From assembly GCA_965246715.1 (NCBI GenBank), contig CBDFFH010000039.1:1-64000 (forward strand): 64,000 nt of DNA, written 5' to 3'. This DNA comes from Chamaesiphon sp. GTDB lineage: Bacteria > Cyanobacteriota > Cyanobacteriia > Cyanobacteriales > Chamaesiphonaceae. How positions within the stretch are numbered: the stretch's first letter is position 1; each line of letters starts with the position of its first letter. Positions 39,521 to 49,248 of the stretch are shown in pieces. The notes under the pieces were generated by a model. That model ran no database searches. It had not been told where the DNA came from and saw only the letters and a list, made by a program, of their open reading frames with translations. Position numbers and translations under genes: made by a program.

Positions 39521-40501
39521 ATGCAAGAAATTATCGATCGGTCGCTCGTTGCTACAGCTACTTTGTCAGATCCGCGCAAGCACGAAAACTTCGCGCAAGT
39601 CATCCAAAGCTATTACCAGCTCACCAAACCCCGCATCATCCCGCTATTACTGATTACTACCGCTGCGGCGATGTGGATGGCTTCTGATGGTGCTACCGAT
39701 CCCGTCTTATTTCTGGTTACCGTTATCGGTGGCATGTTTGCCGCAGCTTCCGCACAAACGATGAATTGTATTTACGATCGCGATATCGATTATGCAATGG
39801 AACGGACGCGCAATCGGCCCATTCCTTCTGGTCGTGTCAAACCGCTCCATGCCTGGATTTTTGCGATCGTCTTAGCTGGACTATCATTTACGATCCTCAC
39901 CCTTTTTACAAATCTGTTAGCCGCCTTACTCGCGATGTCGGGGATCGGCTTCTATATGGTAATTTACACCCACCTCCTCAAACGCCACACGCCCCAAAAT
40001 ATCGTCATCGGTGGTGCCGCTGGTTGTATTCCCGTGCTCGTCGGTTGGGCAGCGGTGACGGGGAGCTTGAGTATCGAAGCTTGGGTGCTATTTGCGATCG
40101 TGTTTATTTGGACACCACCGCACTTCTGGGCGCTAGCGCTGATGATTTCAGATGACTATGCCAAAGTGGGCATCCCGATGTTACCCGTAATTGTCGGCGA
40201 AGCTGCAACAGCCAAGCAGATTTGGATTTATACCCTAATCTTGATGCCTACTAGTTTGGCACTCGTCTATCCGCTGGGAGCGGCTGGAGCAGTGTATGGG
40301 ATTGCGGCATTAGGCTTGGGTGCGATTTTCGTACATAAAGCTTGGCAATTATTACAAGCTCCCACCGACAAGCAAGTTGCCAAATCGATGTTTAAATATT
40401 CGATTTTATACATGATGTTATTATGTACGGCGATCGTGGTAGATAGTTTACCTCAGACCCACAATGCGATCGCGCTGCTCTTAAATTCGATCGGTGTTTA
40501 G
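39521..40501 (+). CDS. ctaB: Protoheme IX farnesyltransferase (heme O synthase)
   Basis: [47 protein letters not shown]. Confidence 0.96.
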   Translation: MQEIIDRSLVATATLSDPRKHENFAQVIQSYYQLTKPRIIPLLLITTAAAMWMASDGATDPVLFLVTVIGGMFAAASAQTMNCIYDRDIDYAMERTRNRPIPSGRVKPLHAWIFAIVLAGLSFTILTLFTNLLAALLAMSGIGFYMVIYTHLLKRHTPQNIVIGGAAGCIPVLVGWAAVTGSLSIEAWVLFAIVFIWTPPHFWALALMISDDYAKVGIPMLPVIVGEAATAKQIWIYTLILMPTSLALVYPLGAAGAVYGIAALGLGAIFVHKAWQLLQAPTDKQVAKSMFKYSILYMMLLCTAIVVDSLPQTHNAIALLLNSIGV

Positions 40502-40569
40502 ATGGTTGAGCGTCGTATAGCACCGATATTCAGATCCCCGTATTCTCCTTAAATAATTCTAAGAGTAAG

Positions 40570-40815
40570 TTGGACGGTATTTATGCTGGTAATCCCAAAC
40601 GAGCAACAGCTCAACCAACGACAGAAAGACTCTTGGCAAGTTTTAAGGAAGTTACGATAGTTCTGATTGCTGTTGGAGCTGAAGTATATACAGAATTAAC
40701 TGTCCTTAATCCTATTCAACAAAAGATTTTACAGTTATTGAACTTTCCCAGCGACATTTACACCCGTTTTTCATCGCAATCTGACTACCCTCCCTAAAAA
40801 TGAGCGAACCGTCAG
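40570..40815 (+). mobile_element. IS1634-family transposase 3' remnant with probable right end
   Basis: YAGNPKRATAQPTTERLL...LNPIQQKILQLL...IY; ends TGAGCGAACCGTCAG. Confidence 0.7.
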
Positions 40816-40834
40816 AGTAATGCACTCGATCGTC

Positions 40835-40948
40835 ATGAAACTCGATCGGGCAATTTTTGTGTTGGTGCTGACAATCCTCATGTGTGTCGGTTCTGGCGCG
40901 ATCGCGATCCGCAAACTTCAAGCCGCCGATCCCGCCGAACTATTTTAA
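40835..40948 (+). pseudogene. C-terminal fragment of a DevC-type ABC transporter permease
   Basis: MKLDRAIFVLVLTILMCVGSGAIAIRKLQAADPAELF*, characteristic DevC C-terminus; not in ORF track. Confidence 0.75.
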
Positions 40949-40992
40949 ATTGGCACCGCCTGGAAATCAAGGCGCTCTCAAGCCTAACATAT

Positions 40993-41007
40993 TGATAATT
41001 ATTACTA
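40993..41007. promoter_or_regulatory. Fur box-like site
   Basis: TGATAAT-T-ATTACTA vs 7-1-7 TGATAATnATTATCA, upstream of the FTR1-containing operon. Confidence 0.6.
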
Positions 41008-41082
41008 TTTAATTTAATTACTCACTACGATAACCTATTAATAATGACTTGCTAATATTTATTGCCACCTGCCCCCAGATTA

Positions 41083-42081
41083 ATGTTTAATCTCGATCGA
41101 CTCACAGATAAATCGCTGCTTCAGCGTCGCCAACTACTCAAATACGGCTTAGCTGGATTGGGACTGACTACGGCAACGTTGGCATGGCAAGGACTCAAAC
41201 CCAAACTCACTGCCAAAATACCCGCAGTTGCCGCTAATAGCCCCACGATGGGCAATACCTTCAGTCCGATGCAAACGTTGCGGGATTTTGATTATGGCAC
41301 GGTCAAGCAGGAAAATGGGCGGACAGTAAGGGAATTCCGCTTAGTTGCTGGTAATACTACCCTCCAGTTGAATCAGGCAGTCTCATTCAATAGTTGGAAT
41401 TTTAATGGCAGAGTGCCAGGGCCGACCTTGAGAGCTAAAGCTGGCGAGTTAATTCGGGTATCTTTCCTCAATCGCGCCGGACACGCGCATTCGCTCCACT
41501 TTCATGGTTTTCATCCAGCGGAGATGGATGGCATCAAACCGATTCGTAATGGCACAGGGACGATCTATGAATTTGAAGCCGAACCCTATGGGGTGCATCT
41601 TTACCATTGTCACGTCGCTCCAGTGGCGCGTCACATTGGGAAGGGTTTGTATGGAATGTTAATTATCGATCCGCCGCAACCCCGGCCAGTGGCTGACGAA
41701 ATGGTTTTGATTATGGGCAGCTACGATACCAATGATGATGGCAAGAATGAGTTGTATGCATTTAACGGCGTGCCAGATTACTATATGCAGCACCCAATCG
41801 AGATTTATCAACACCAACTCATCCGCGTGTACCTGCTCAACGCGATCGAACTCGACCCGGTGGTAACTTTCCATCTTCATGCCAATATGTTTCAAGTTTT
41901 TCCGACGGGGATGACGATACAACCGAGTCATACGACTGATGTCCTGACCATGGGCACTGCCGAGCGGCATATTTTAGAGTTCCAGTTTAAGTATCCTGGG
42001 CAGTTTATGTTTCATCCCCACCAAGATCCGATCTCCGAAGCTGGGTGTATGGGAGCATTCAAGGTTATTGCCACTACTTAA
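41083..42081 (+). CDS. Two-domain multicopper oxidase, Tat-exported
   Basis: QRRQLLK Tat motif; HSLHFHG, YHCHVAPVARHIGKGL, FHLHAN, FHPHQ. Confidence 0.85.
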   Translation: MFNLDRLTDKSLLQRRQLLKYGLAGLGLTTATLAWQGLKPKLTAKIPAVAANSPTMGNTFSPMQTLRDFDYGTVKQENGRTVREFRLVAGNTTLQLNQAVSFNSWNFNGRVPGPTLRAKAGELIRVSFLNRAGHAHSLHFHGFHPAEMDGIKPIRNGTGTIYEFEAEPYGVHLYHCHVAPVARHIGKGLYGMLIIDPPQPRPVADEMVLIMGSYDTNDDGKNELYAFNGVPDYYMQHPIEIYQHQLIRVYLLNAIELDPVVTFHLHANMFQVFPTGMTIQPSHTTDVLTMGTAERHILEFQFKYPGQFMFHPHQDPISEAGCMGAFKVIATT

Positions 42082-42168
42082 TAGAAATTAATTGCAAATA
42101 AGTTGACATAGATTGTCATTAAGTAGAAAATGAGATCTCAAGTAGGCGATCGATTTTAAATTTATTTT

Positions 42169-43206
42169 ATGAAAACCAGACAATATCTCAGTTTAGCGAT
42201 AGTTGCGCTCGCAGCTTCGATTATCATTAGTGCTTGTAACCAAAGCAGTACGACAACTACTCAGACTGGTACTACCACGGCAAATCCCCCCGCAGATGCA
42301 GCCACAACCGCAGCAACACATTCGGGCAGTCATGGTGGAGATAAGAAAATCAATATCAACAGTGCGATTTTATCAGAGCTAGATAAACTAGAAGCTAAAC
42401 TGGGAGTTCCCGCCTTATCTAATAAAATTCAAGCCGAACGTCCCTACAAAACTCCCGAAGATTTAGTCTCGAAAAAAGTTATCGATCGACAGCAATTCGA
42501 TAAAATCAAAGATTTGGTGACGATCGAAGATATCGTCTTAACGGGAGTAGCGAAAGATACGGACTATATGGTCAAGCTTGGACTGATGAAAGGACATCTA
42601 TTCGTAGCAAAAGAATTGCTCGATCTGAATAAGCCTAAAGATGCCGAACCGCATATCGGTCATCCAGTTGAAGAAATTTATACAGATGTAGCCGACCAAC
42701 TCAACGAGCGCAAAGTCAAAGAATTTAAAACCACCTTAATTACCTTGGAAGATTTAGTAAAAGCTGGGGCTAAAGATAATACCAAAGTTACAACTAACTT
42801 TAAGGCATCAATGCAGTCGATCGATGTGGCAATCGCTGCTTTACCTGAATCGCAACGTCAGTTACCCAGTTTTGTCCTCCAAGTAATTAATGGGTTGTTG
42901 GATACTGCGAACTCTGAATATAGTGCTGCAATTGCCGATGGCAAAATTAAAGCAGCAATTGAATATCAAGATTCTAGGGGCTTTATTACTTATGCCGATA
43001 TGTTATATCAAGGTATTGCCGCTAAAATGACCACAGATAGTCCCGAAGTTAATAAAATAATTACGGAAACTTTCAAGGAGTTAAAAACGGTTTGGCCGAC
43101 TGCGATCCCGCCAGCAGCTCCAGTCAAAACTCCTGCACAAGTAAGTCAATTAATTAAAAAGATCGAAGAAAGTTCGGTAAAAATAGTCGCTACTACTAAC
43201 AAATAA
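42169..43206 (+). CDS. Lipoprotein with helix-hairpin-helix (ComEA/PsbU-like) domain and helical putative metal-binding domain
   Basis: Lipobox ISAC; KININSA...RPY..PEDLV; GHL...EPHIGHPVEEIY; EYQDSRGF. Confidence 0.7.
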   Translation: MKTRQYLSLAIVALAASIIISACNQSSTTTTQTGTTTANPPADAATTAATHSGSHGGDKKININSAILSELDKLEAKLGVPALSNKIQAERPYKTPEDLVSKKVIDRQQFDKIKDLVTIEDIVLTGVAKDTDYMVKLGLMKGHLFVAKELLDLNKPKDAEPHIGHPVEEIYTDVADQLNERKVKEFKTTLITLEDLVKAGAKDNTKVTTNFKASMQSIDVAIAALPESQRQLPSFVLQVINGLLDTANSEYSAAIADGKIKAAIEYQDSRGFITYADMLYQGIAAKMTTDSPEVNKIITETFKELKTVWPTAIPPAAPVKTPAQVSQLIKKIEESSVKIVATTNK

Positions 43207-43240
43207 TTAGATCGAGCTTATTAATCAAAGGAAATAAATC

Positions 43241-44185
43241 GTGGATTTTAGTTCTGCTTTACCAACATTTGTCATCACCCTCCGCGAAGGGGTCGAAGCC
43301 GCCCTTGTAGTGGGTATCGTCCTCGCCTGCTTGAAAAAAGCCAAACAGGGACATTTGAGCGTGTGGGTATATGCCGCGATCGCGGCGGGGATTGCTGCCA
43401 GTGGCATGGTGGGCGTATTGTTAGCACAAGCAAGCCAAGCCCTCGCCCAGTCGGATAATCCCTATGCAGCAACGCTAGAATTATTTCTGGAAGCGATCTT
43501 TGGGCTGGTGGCGATCGGGATGTTGAGTTGGATGTTAATCTGGATGACTGGGCAAGCCCGATTTATGAAGGCGCAGGTGGAAGGGGCGATTGGCAAAGCG
43601 ATGGCGACAAATGCTGGGTGGGGAGTATTTACGCTGGTATTTGTCGCGATTTTGCGAGAAGGATTTGAAACTGTCTTATTTATCGTTGCCAAATTTCAGC
43701 AAGGATTGATGCCCTCGCTCGGTTCGCTCGCCGGATTGTCAGTCGCAGCGGGGATCGGTGGATTGTTATTTAAGTGGGGGTTGAAAATTAATATCCGCCG
43801 CTTTTTTCAAATTATGGGTGTGCTACTCTTACTAATTGTATCGGGACTGGTAGTGTCGTCGTTAGGTCATTTTGATAGCGCGATCGCCACTGTCGCTGGA
43901 GCAGATCGGCAGTCCGCTGGCATGTGTTTTTTCCACGAGCGATTTACGAAAGTGCACTCCTGCAACCTGGGCGGATTAGTTTGGAATCTGAGCAAAGGTT
44001 TACCAGAAGATCGATTTCCGGGATTACTCTTGAGTGCGTTATTTGGTTACACTGACAAATTATATTTAGTGCCAGCAATAGCTTATCTGGGATTCTTAAT
44101 CTCGATCGGTGGAATCTATTTCCGCAGTCTCAATCCGCCACGAGTGACACAATTAGATACTACCGGATCGATGAAAACTAATTAA
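43241..44185 (+). CDS. FTR1/EfeU family iron permease
   Basis: Two RExxE motifs (LREGVEA, LREGFET), ~7 TM segments. Confidence 0.93.
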   Translation: MDFSSALPTFVITLREGVEAALVVGIVLACLKKAKQGHLSVWVYAAIAAGIAASGMVGVLLAQASQALAQSDNPYAATLELFLEAIFGLVAIGMLSWMLIWMTGQARFMKAQVEGAIGKAMATNAGWGVFTLVFVAILREGFETVLFIVAKFQQGLMPSLGSLAGLSVAAGIGGLLFKWGLKINIRRFFQIMGVLLLLIVSGLVVSSLGHFDSAIATVAGADRQSAGMCFFHERFTKVHSCNLGGLVWNLSKGLPEDRFPGLLLSALFGYTDKLYLVPAIAYLGFLISIGGIYFRSLNPPRVTQLDTTGSMKTN

Positions 44186-44481
44186 CGGAGCATGGCATTA
44201 AGAATGCCGAGCAATTTACGAAGACAAGCAACCAAAGCTACTTTTCGAGGTTTACCACGTTGGAGCAACTGATGTTGGCGGCGAGTTACTAATGCTTGTA
44301 ACTCTCTGGTTTGAGCATCTGGCAATAAGGTTACTGGTGGTTTGAGACTTTGACCGAAATGAGCAATCATTTGGGCATCAATTTTGTCTGTTTTCGCCAG
44401 TTTACCTGCGGCTCTAGAAAAGTGCCGGATCTGGAGCGGATTGACTCGGCGAGTTTGATATCCAGCCGTTTCTAGTGCTGA
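44182..44481 (-). mobile_element. IS110-family transposase remnant with internal deletion
   Basis: VNPLQIRHF...AKTDKIDA...RRQ joined directly to RGKPRKVALVACLRKLLGILNAML. Confidence 0.8.
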
Positions 44482-44486
44482 CATCA

Positions 44487-44633
44487 CCGACAATTAAATG
44501 GGTTCCTGTTTCAATCAGCAGCACTAATCTCGCTTTGGGGAAAGCCCATGTCAGTGCCTGGTTTTGTTCCTGGACAACCAAATACTCTGGCGTTGGCTGC
44601 GCTATCTGGCACGTCCAATACTGTTCCATCTAT
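44487..44633 (-). mobile_element. IS4-family transposase fragment (frameshifted)
   Basis: IDGTVLDVPDSAANARVFG.PG / AFPKARLVLLIETGTHLI across two frames. Confidence 0.7.
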
Positions 44634-44732
44634 CGATCGGCTGGTTGCCAACTCAAAATAACTATAATTTAGAGTATCGCAATAATTTTGACGCTCTAAG
44701 TTTTTAATAAAATTATTTCACATCAAACTAAA

Positions 44733-44779
44733 GAGCTAATAATAAAGCTTGCAAATTTTGCAAGCTTTATTATTAGCTC
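44733..44779. repeat. 47-bp palindrome (23-bp arms, 1-nt centre), possible terminator
   Basis: GAGCTAATAATAAAGCTTGCAAA-T-TTTGCAAGCTTTATTATTAGCTC. Confidence 0.8.
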
Positions 44780-44879
44780 CGATGGCGATGCTCCAGCAGA
44801 GCAAGCCTGCGAACGAAAACTCTTCAAACAACTATTAACGATAAACTTGTCAACTATCGATAATTCAAACACGATCTAA

Positions 44880-45197
44880 TTATTTATTGGCATATTGCAA
44901 CTCGAGCAGCATTATGGGGGGAAACAAAGCAGGCGGCTCGTCTCCTCCTACAATCAGTTGTTGACAAGGGATTTTATCTGATAAAATAGAACTAGCCATC
45001 ATGCCAGTATGAATTTCTAAATAACCGTGACTGGGCGCTTCAAATATCAGTCGTTGTCCGGGAAAAACGACCCGTTCAAAGTACCAATTGTGGATATTGG
45101 TAATCCGAGCGATTTGAATCTGACTGGTACTATTGACATAGCAGCAGCAAATATCTTCCACATGGTCTTGGGGTAATGGATCTAGATTGTTAGGCAT
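44880..45197 (-). CDS. DUF1830 domain protein
   Basis: CCYVNSTSQIQIARITNI.NWYFERVVFPGQRLIFEAP. Confidence 0.88.
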   Translation of the reverse strand: MPNNLDPLPQDHVEDICCCYVNSTSQIQIARITNIHNWYFERVVFPGQRLIFEAPSHGYLEIHTGMMASSILSDKIPCQQLIVGGDEPPALFPPIMLLELQYANK

Positions 45198-45494
45198 AGG
45201 AGTAGTTTCGCCTGGGTCTCTGCAAAAGATGGGGATCTATCTTCAAAGTAACATTCTCATTTATAGAGAAGCTGTAAACTCGACTACTTTTTACATTTGC
45301 AGGGGATCGCAGGAAAATGTCGATCCAATCTCAATTTGAGCCTACCTTTCCCTTGTGATTTTGTGTAAAGTTATATTAAAGGTATTAATAAACTTTATAA
45401 AGATGAATTTTGGCACGGCGTGACAAACCATCACGGATGAGGGCGATAGCTTCACTCATAACGACGATCGACATCCTATATATACTTCTTAAAT

Positions 45495-47057
45495 ATGGCT
45501 ACCACCAAGATTCTCTACTGTCGCCTACCCTGCAATCCAATTTTTCCGATCGGGGTAGTATATTTAGCGGATCACATCCATAAGCAGTTTCCCACTGTCG
45601 AACAGCGGATTTTTGATGTGGGTGCTGTACCGCCGCTCGATTATGGTAGCGCGTTGGATAACGCGATCGATGAGTTTCAGCCAGACTTGTTAGTCTATTC
45701 CTGGCGCGACATTCAGATCTACGCACCAGTCGGCGGACGCGGCGGCAATCCCCTGCAAAACTCCTTTGAAGTTTTCTACGATCGCAACCCTCTCAAGAAG
45801 CTACGTGGTGCGCTCGGTGGGGCGCGGATGCTCGCCAGTCACTACACCGAACTGTGGCGGAATATGTCACTGATTAAGCGGGGACTAAGACGGGCGCAGC
45901 GATCCAACCCTACCGCGCGCTTAGTCGTCGGTGGAGGGGCGGTGAGTGTATTTTACGAACAACTAGCTAAGAGTTTACCAAAAGGGGCGATCGTGTCGAT
46001 CGGCGAAGGCGAAGCGTTATTGGAGAAGATGATTCGGGGTGCCGATCTCACCAGCGAACGCTGCTATATCGTCGGCGAAGCACCACGCAAGGGATTGGTA
46101 CACGAACCACCAGCCCCGATCGAAAAGACGGCGTGCAACTACGATTATATCGAGACAATCTGGCCAGAATTTAGCTACTACCTCCAAGATCGAGATTTTT
46201 ATATCGGCGTGCAAACCAAACGCGGTTGTCCCCACAACTGCTGCTACTGCGTCTATACAGTAATTGAAGGGAAACAGGTGCGGATCAATCCAGCCGATGA
46301 AGTCGTCGCCGAAATGCGCCAGCTTTACGATCGCGGGATTCGGAATTTTTGGTTTACCGACGCACAGTTTATCCCCGCGCGGCGCTACATCGAAGATGCG
46401 ATTGAGTTATTACAAAAGATCGTCGATAGTGGGATGGAGGATATTAAATGGGCAGCCTATATTCGGGCTGACAATCTCACTCCCGAATTGTGTAAATTGA
46501 TGGTAAAAACGGGGATGAATTATTTTGAGATCGGCATTACTAGCGGTTCTCAAGAACTAGTTCGCAAAATGCGGATGGGCTACAATCTCCGTACAGTTCT
46601 CCAAAACTGTCGCGATCTCAAGGCAGCAGGATTTGAAGATCTGGTGTCGATCAATTATTCGTTCAATGTGATCGACGAACGCTTTGAAACCATCCGCCAA
46701 ACGATCGCCTATCACCGCGAAATGGAGAAGATTTTTGGCGCGGATAAAGTCGAGCCGGCGATTTTCTTTATTGGGTTGCAACCACATACGCATTTGGAGG
46801 AATATGCGTTTAAAAATAATGTGATTAAACCGGGATACAATCCGATGAGTCACATGCCGTGGGTAGCGAAAAAGTTGCTCTGGAATCCCGAACCTCTAGG
46901 TTCGTTCTTTGGTGAAGTCTGTCTCCAAGCTTTCCGGGACAATCCCAATGATTTTGGGCGAGAAGTGATGAATATTCTCGAAGCAAGACTGGGTAAATCA
47001 GAGTTAGAAGCAGCTTTAACCGCACCTGTAGAAGTGAAGGAGTTAGCGAAGGTTTAG
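45495..47057 (+). CDS. B12-binding radical SAM protein (photosystem II high-light acclimation type, Slr0320-like)
   Basis: RLPCNPIFPIG, SWRDIQIYAP, CxxxCxxC in KRGCPHNCCYC. Confidence 0.9.
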   Translation: MATTKILYCRLPCNPIFPIGVVYLADHIHKQFPTVEQRIFDVGAVPPLDYGSALDNAIDEFQPDLLVYSWRDIQIYAPVGGRGGNPLQNSFEVFYDRNPLKKLRGALGGARMLASHYTELWRNMSLIKRGLRRAQRSNPTARLVVGGGAVSVFYEQLAKSLPKGAIVSIGEGEALLEKMIRGADLTSERCYIVGEAPRKGLVHEPPAPIEKTACNYDYIETIWPEFSYYLQDRDFYIGVQTKRGCPHNCCYCVYTVIEGKQVRINPADEVVAEMRQLYDRGIRNFWFTDAQFIPARRYIEDAIELLQKIVDSGMEDIKWAAYIRADNLTPELCKLMVKTGMNYFEIGITSGSQELVRKMRMGYNLRTVLQNCRDLKAAGFEDLVSINYSFNVIDERFETIRQTIAYHREMEKIFGADKVEPAIFFIGLQPHTHLEEYAFKNNVIKPGYNPMSHMPWVAKKLLWNPEPLGSFFGEVCLQAFRDNPNDFGREVMNILEARLGKSELEAALTAPVEVKELAKV

Positions 47058-47103
47058 CAACTAGCTATGTTGACGAACTCGATCGCTACATCCCCCTTAA
47101 ATA

Positions 47104-47365
47104 ACGTGAGTTCGGGATAAGGAAAATCGATCTGCTTCGCTCAATCACCGCCCTGAACTATAAGTTCGGGCTAAAAGCAAAAGTTCTCTGAAGAGAACTG
47201 CCAAATCAGTCATTTCGTTGAAACGAACTTTTGCTTTTAGTCCCTGCTTGGTGCAACACATGCGGAGGGAACCTCCGCCTGAAAAGCATCCGCAAATTTA
47301 TTTGAGGGCGGTTCACAAACGAAGCTAGGAGTCATTAAGCAAACATCCTTAACCCGAACTCACGT
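47104..47365. mobile_element. MITE subtype D with hairpin insert, TSD TAAATA
   Basis: TIRs ACGTGAGTTCGGG / CCCGAACTCACGT; TAAATA at 47098-47103 and 47366-47371. Confidence 0.9.
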
Positions 47366-47382
47366 TAAATAGCAGAGATCTG

Positions 47383-47418
47383 AGGGTACCCACAAGGGGC
47401 ACCCCTTGTGGGTACCCT
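47383..47418. repeat. Collapsed REPIN palindrome
   Basis: AGGGTACCCACAAGGGG-CA-CCCCTTGTGGGTACCCT, same arms as 29303-29366 with the spacer deleted. Confidence 0.8.
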
Positions 47419-47466
47419 GGGTCTACTTTCCGATCGAGAAATATTTAGATTCCACCGAGTACATTC

Positions 47467-48240
47467 ATGCCGACAGTCCGCCAGTTATTGCAATTTAAAG
47501 CTCATGGTAAAAAGATCGTCGCGCTGACAGCATGGGATTTTGCGTTTGCGGAAATACTCGATCGAGCGGGAGTGGATCTGATCTTAGTGGGCGATTCTCT
47601 GGCGATGGTAGCGTTGGGATATGAGAATACCTTGCCGCTAACTCTAGATGAAATTATCCATCATGCCAAAGCTGTCAAACGCGGAGTCAAACAGGCGCTA
47701 ATCGTCGTCGATCTGCCATTTCTAAGCTATCAAACTAGTGTTGAGGTCGCGATCGCCTCCGCTGGGAGGATTCTCAAGGAGACAGGCGCACAAGCCGTCA
47801 AGGTTGAAGGCGGACATCCGACGATGGTGCAGACTGTGCAACGATTGGTGGAGATTGGCATTCCCGTAATGGGACATATCGGGTTGACACCCCAATCAGT
47901 GCATCAATTGGGCTATCGCCAACAAGGACAAACGGAAACCGATCGCGAACGCTTAGTAATAGAGGCAGTAGCACTAGAACGTGCGGGATCATTTAGTATC
48001 GTGTTAGAGCATATCCCCGCCGATTTAGCGAAGTCGATTACCGCTAAAATCGCGATTCCAACGATCGGGATCGGTGCGGGTGTAGACTGCGATGGACAAG
48101 TCTTAGTAACGGCAGATTTATTGGGACTAACCGAGAAACAGCCGCCGTTTGCTAAGGCTTATGTCGATTTACGCACGACGATCGCGCAAGCGGTGCAAGA
48201 TTATAGTAATGATGTAAGGCTAACAGTGGATAGTGAATAG
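47467..48240 (+). CDS. panB: 3-methyl-2-oxobutanoate hydroxymethyltransferase
   Basis: [42 protein letters not shown]. Confidence 0.96.
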   Translation: MPTVRQLLQFKAHGKKIVALTAWDFAFAEILDRAGVDLILVGDSLAMVALGYENTLPLTLDEIIHHAKAVKRGVKQALIVVDLPFLSYQTSVEVAIASAGRILKETGAQAVKVEGGHPTMVQTVQRLVEIGIPVMGHIGLTPQSVHQLGYRQQGQTETDRERLVIEAVALERAGSFSIVLEHIPADLAKSITAKIAIPTIGIGAGVDCDGQVLVTADLLGLTEKQPPFAKAYVDLRTTIAQAVQDYSNDVRLTVDSE

Positions 48241-48267
48241 TGAATAGTGGCAACAATCCAAAATCCG

Positions 48268-48317
48268 GTCTTGACTGAAACACATGCGGAGGTAACCTCC
48301 GCGTGATTTCAGTCGCC
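48268..48317. repeat. ~50-bp hairpin element inserted into an AATCCAA heptamer tract
   Basis: GTCTTGACTGAAA...GCGGAGGTAACCTCCGC...TTTCAGTCGC; removal restores the 7-nt periodicity. Confidence 0.75.
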
Positions 48318-48986
48318 AAATCCAAAATCCAAAATAATTCCACTAACAACTGGTTGAATCTAGTACGTACAGAACGGGTAATTGCCGTAATTCGTGCTGA
48401 CGATCTGCGAGTGGGATGCAAGATGGCACAAGCTGTAGCTGCTGGTGGGATAAAATTAATCGAAATTACGGCCAATAGCGATCGACCGTGGGAATTAATT
48501 GAATTGTTGCGGACAGAATTGCCGGATTGCTCGATCGGGACTGGGACGATCTTGAGTTTAGATGAACTGCGAAATGCGATCGCTTGTGGCGCTGAATACG
48601 CCTTCTCGCCACATGTCGATCGGAGTTTAATTGATACTGCGATCGATGCCGAACTCCCGATCGTTCCTGGAGCACTAACCCCGACTGAAATTATCACCGC
48701 TTGGCAATCTGGCGCAACGGCTGTTAAAGTATTTCCGATTCAATCCGTCGGTGGTGTTAGTTATTTGCAGGTGTTACAAGGGCCGATCGGCCAGATTCCG
48801 CTAATTCCCACTGGTGGAGTTAGTGTAGCAAATGCGCCAGATTTTTTGGTAGCTGGTGCTGTAGCCGTGGGATTAGCTGGATCGTTGTTTCCTCAAGATG
48901 AGTTGAGGCGCGAAGATTGGTACAGTATTTCTAATAGAGCCAGTCAATTAATGTCGAGACTGCGTATCGCTCGTTCTGGATCTTAA
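48303..48986 (+). CDS. eda: KDPG/KHG aldolase
   Basis: IAVIR, IEIT, IGTGT, PGALTPTEI, VKVFP, IPTGGV. Confidence 0.93.
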   Translation: MISVAKSKIQNNSTNNWLNLVRTERVIAVIRADDLRVGCKMAQAVAAGGIKLIEITANSDRPWELIELLRTELPDCSIGTGTILSLDELRNAIACGAEYAFSPHVDRSLIDTAIDAELPIVPGALTPTEIITAWQSGATAVKVFPIQSVGGVSYLQVLQGPIGQIPLIPTGGVSVANAPDFLVAGAVAVGLAGSLFPQDELRREDWYSISNRASQLMSRLRIARSGS

Positions 48987-49071
48987 TGTGGGTAGCCGCA
49001 TAAACTACCCAATATTTTTTAGCCTTAGGCTAAAATTTGCTAGATGGGCACTGCCCAGCCAAATAACTAGC

Positions 49072-49248
49072 TTAAATAAGATTACAGCGTTCGCAAACTA
49101 CAGCAAAGATTGTAACGATCGCGGTAATACCGATCGCAATTGCTGGATGCTGTCCTTGGGCGATCGCAAACGATGTTACAACACCTGCGCCGATTGCTGC
49201 TGGTATGGCTACTTCGAGCAAGGAACGTTCTGATTTATTTCTATACAT
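49072..49248 (-). CDS. Small two-TM hypothetical protein
   Basis: MYRNKSERSLLEVAIPAAIGAGVVTSFAIAQGQHPAIAIGITAIVTIFAVVC. Confidence 0.55.
   Translation of the reverse strand: MYRNKSERSLLEVAIPAAIGAGVVTSFAIAQGQHPAIAIGITAIVTIFAVVCERCNLI

Noticed and set aside
44182..44700. IS110 bridge-RNA locus
   Set aside because: The transposase is internally deleted and its 5' flank is replaced by an IS4 fragment; no supportable non-coding end remains. The same applies to 58981-59090.
45361..45405. HLR1 site upstream of the radical SAM gene
   Set aside because: The best match has about 3 mismatches in AT-rich DNA; too weak to call.
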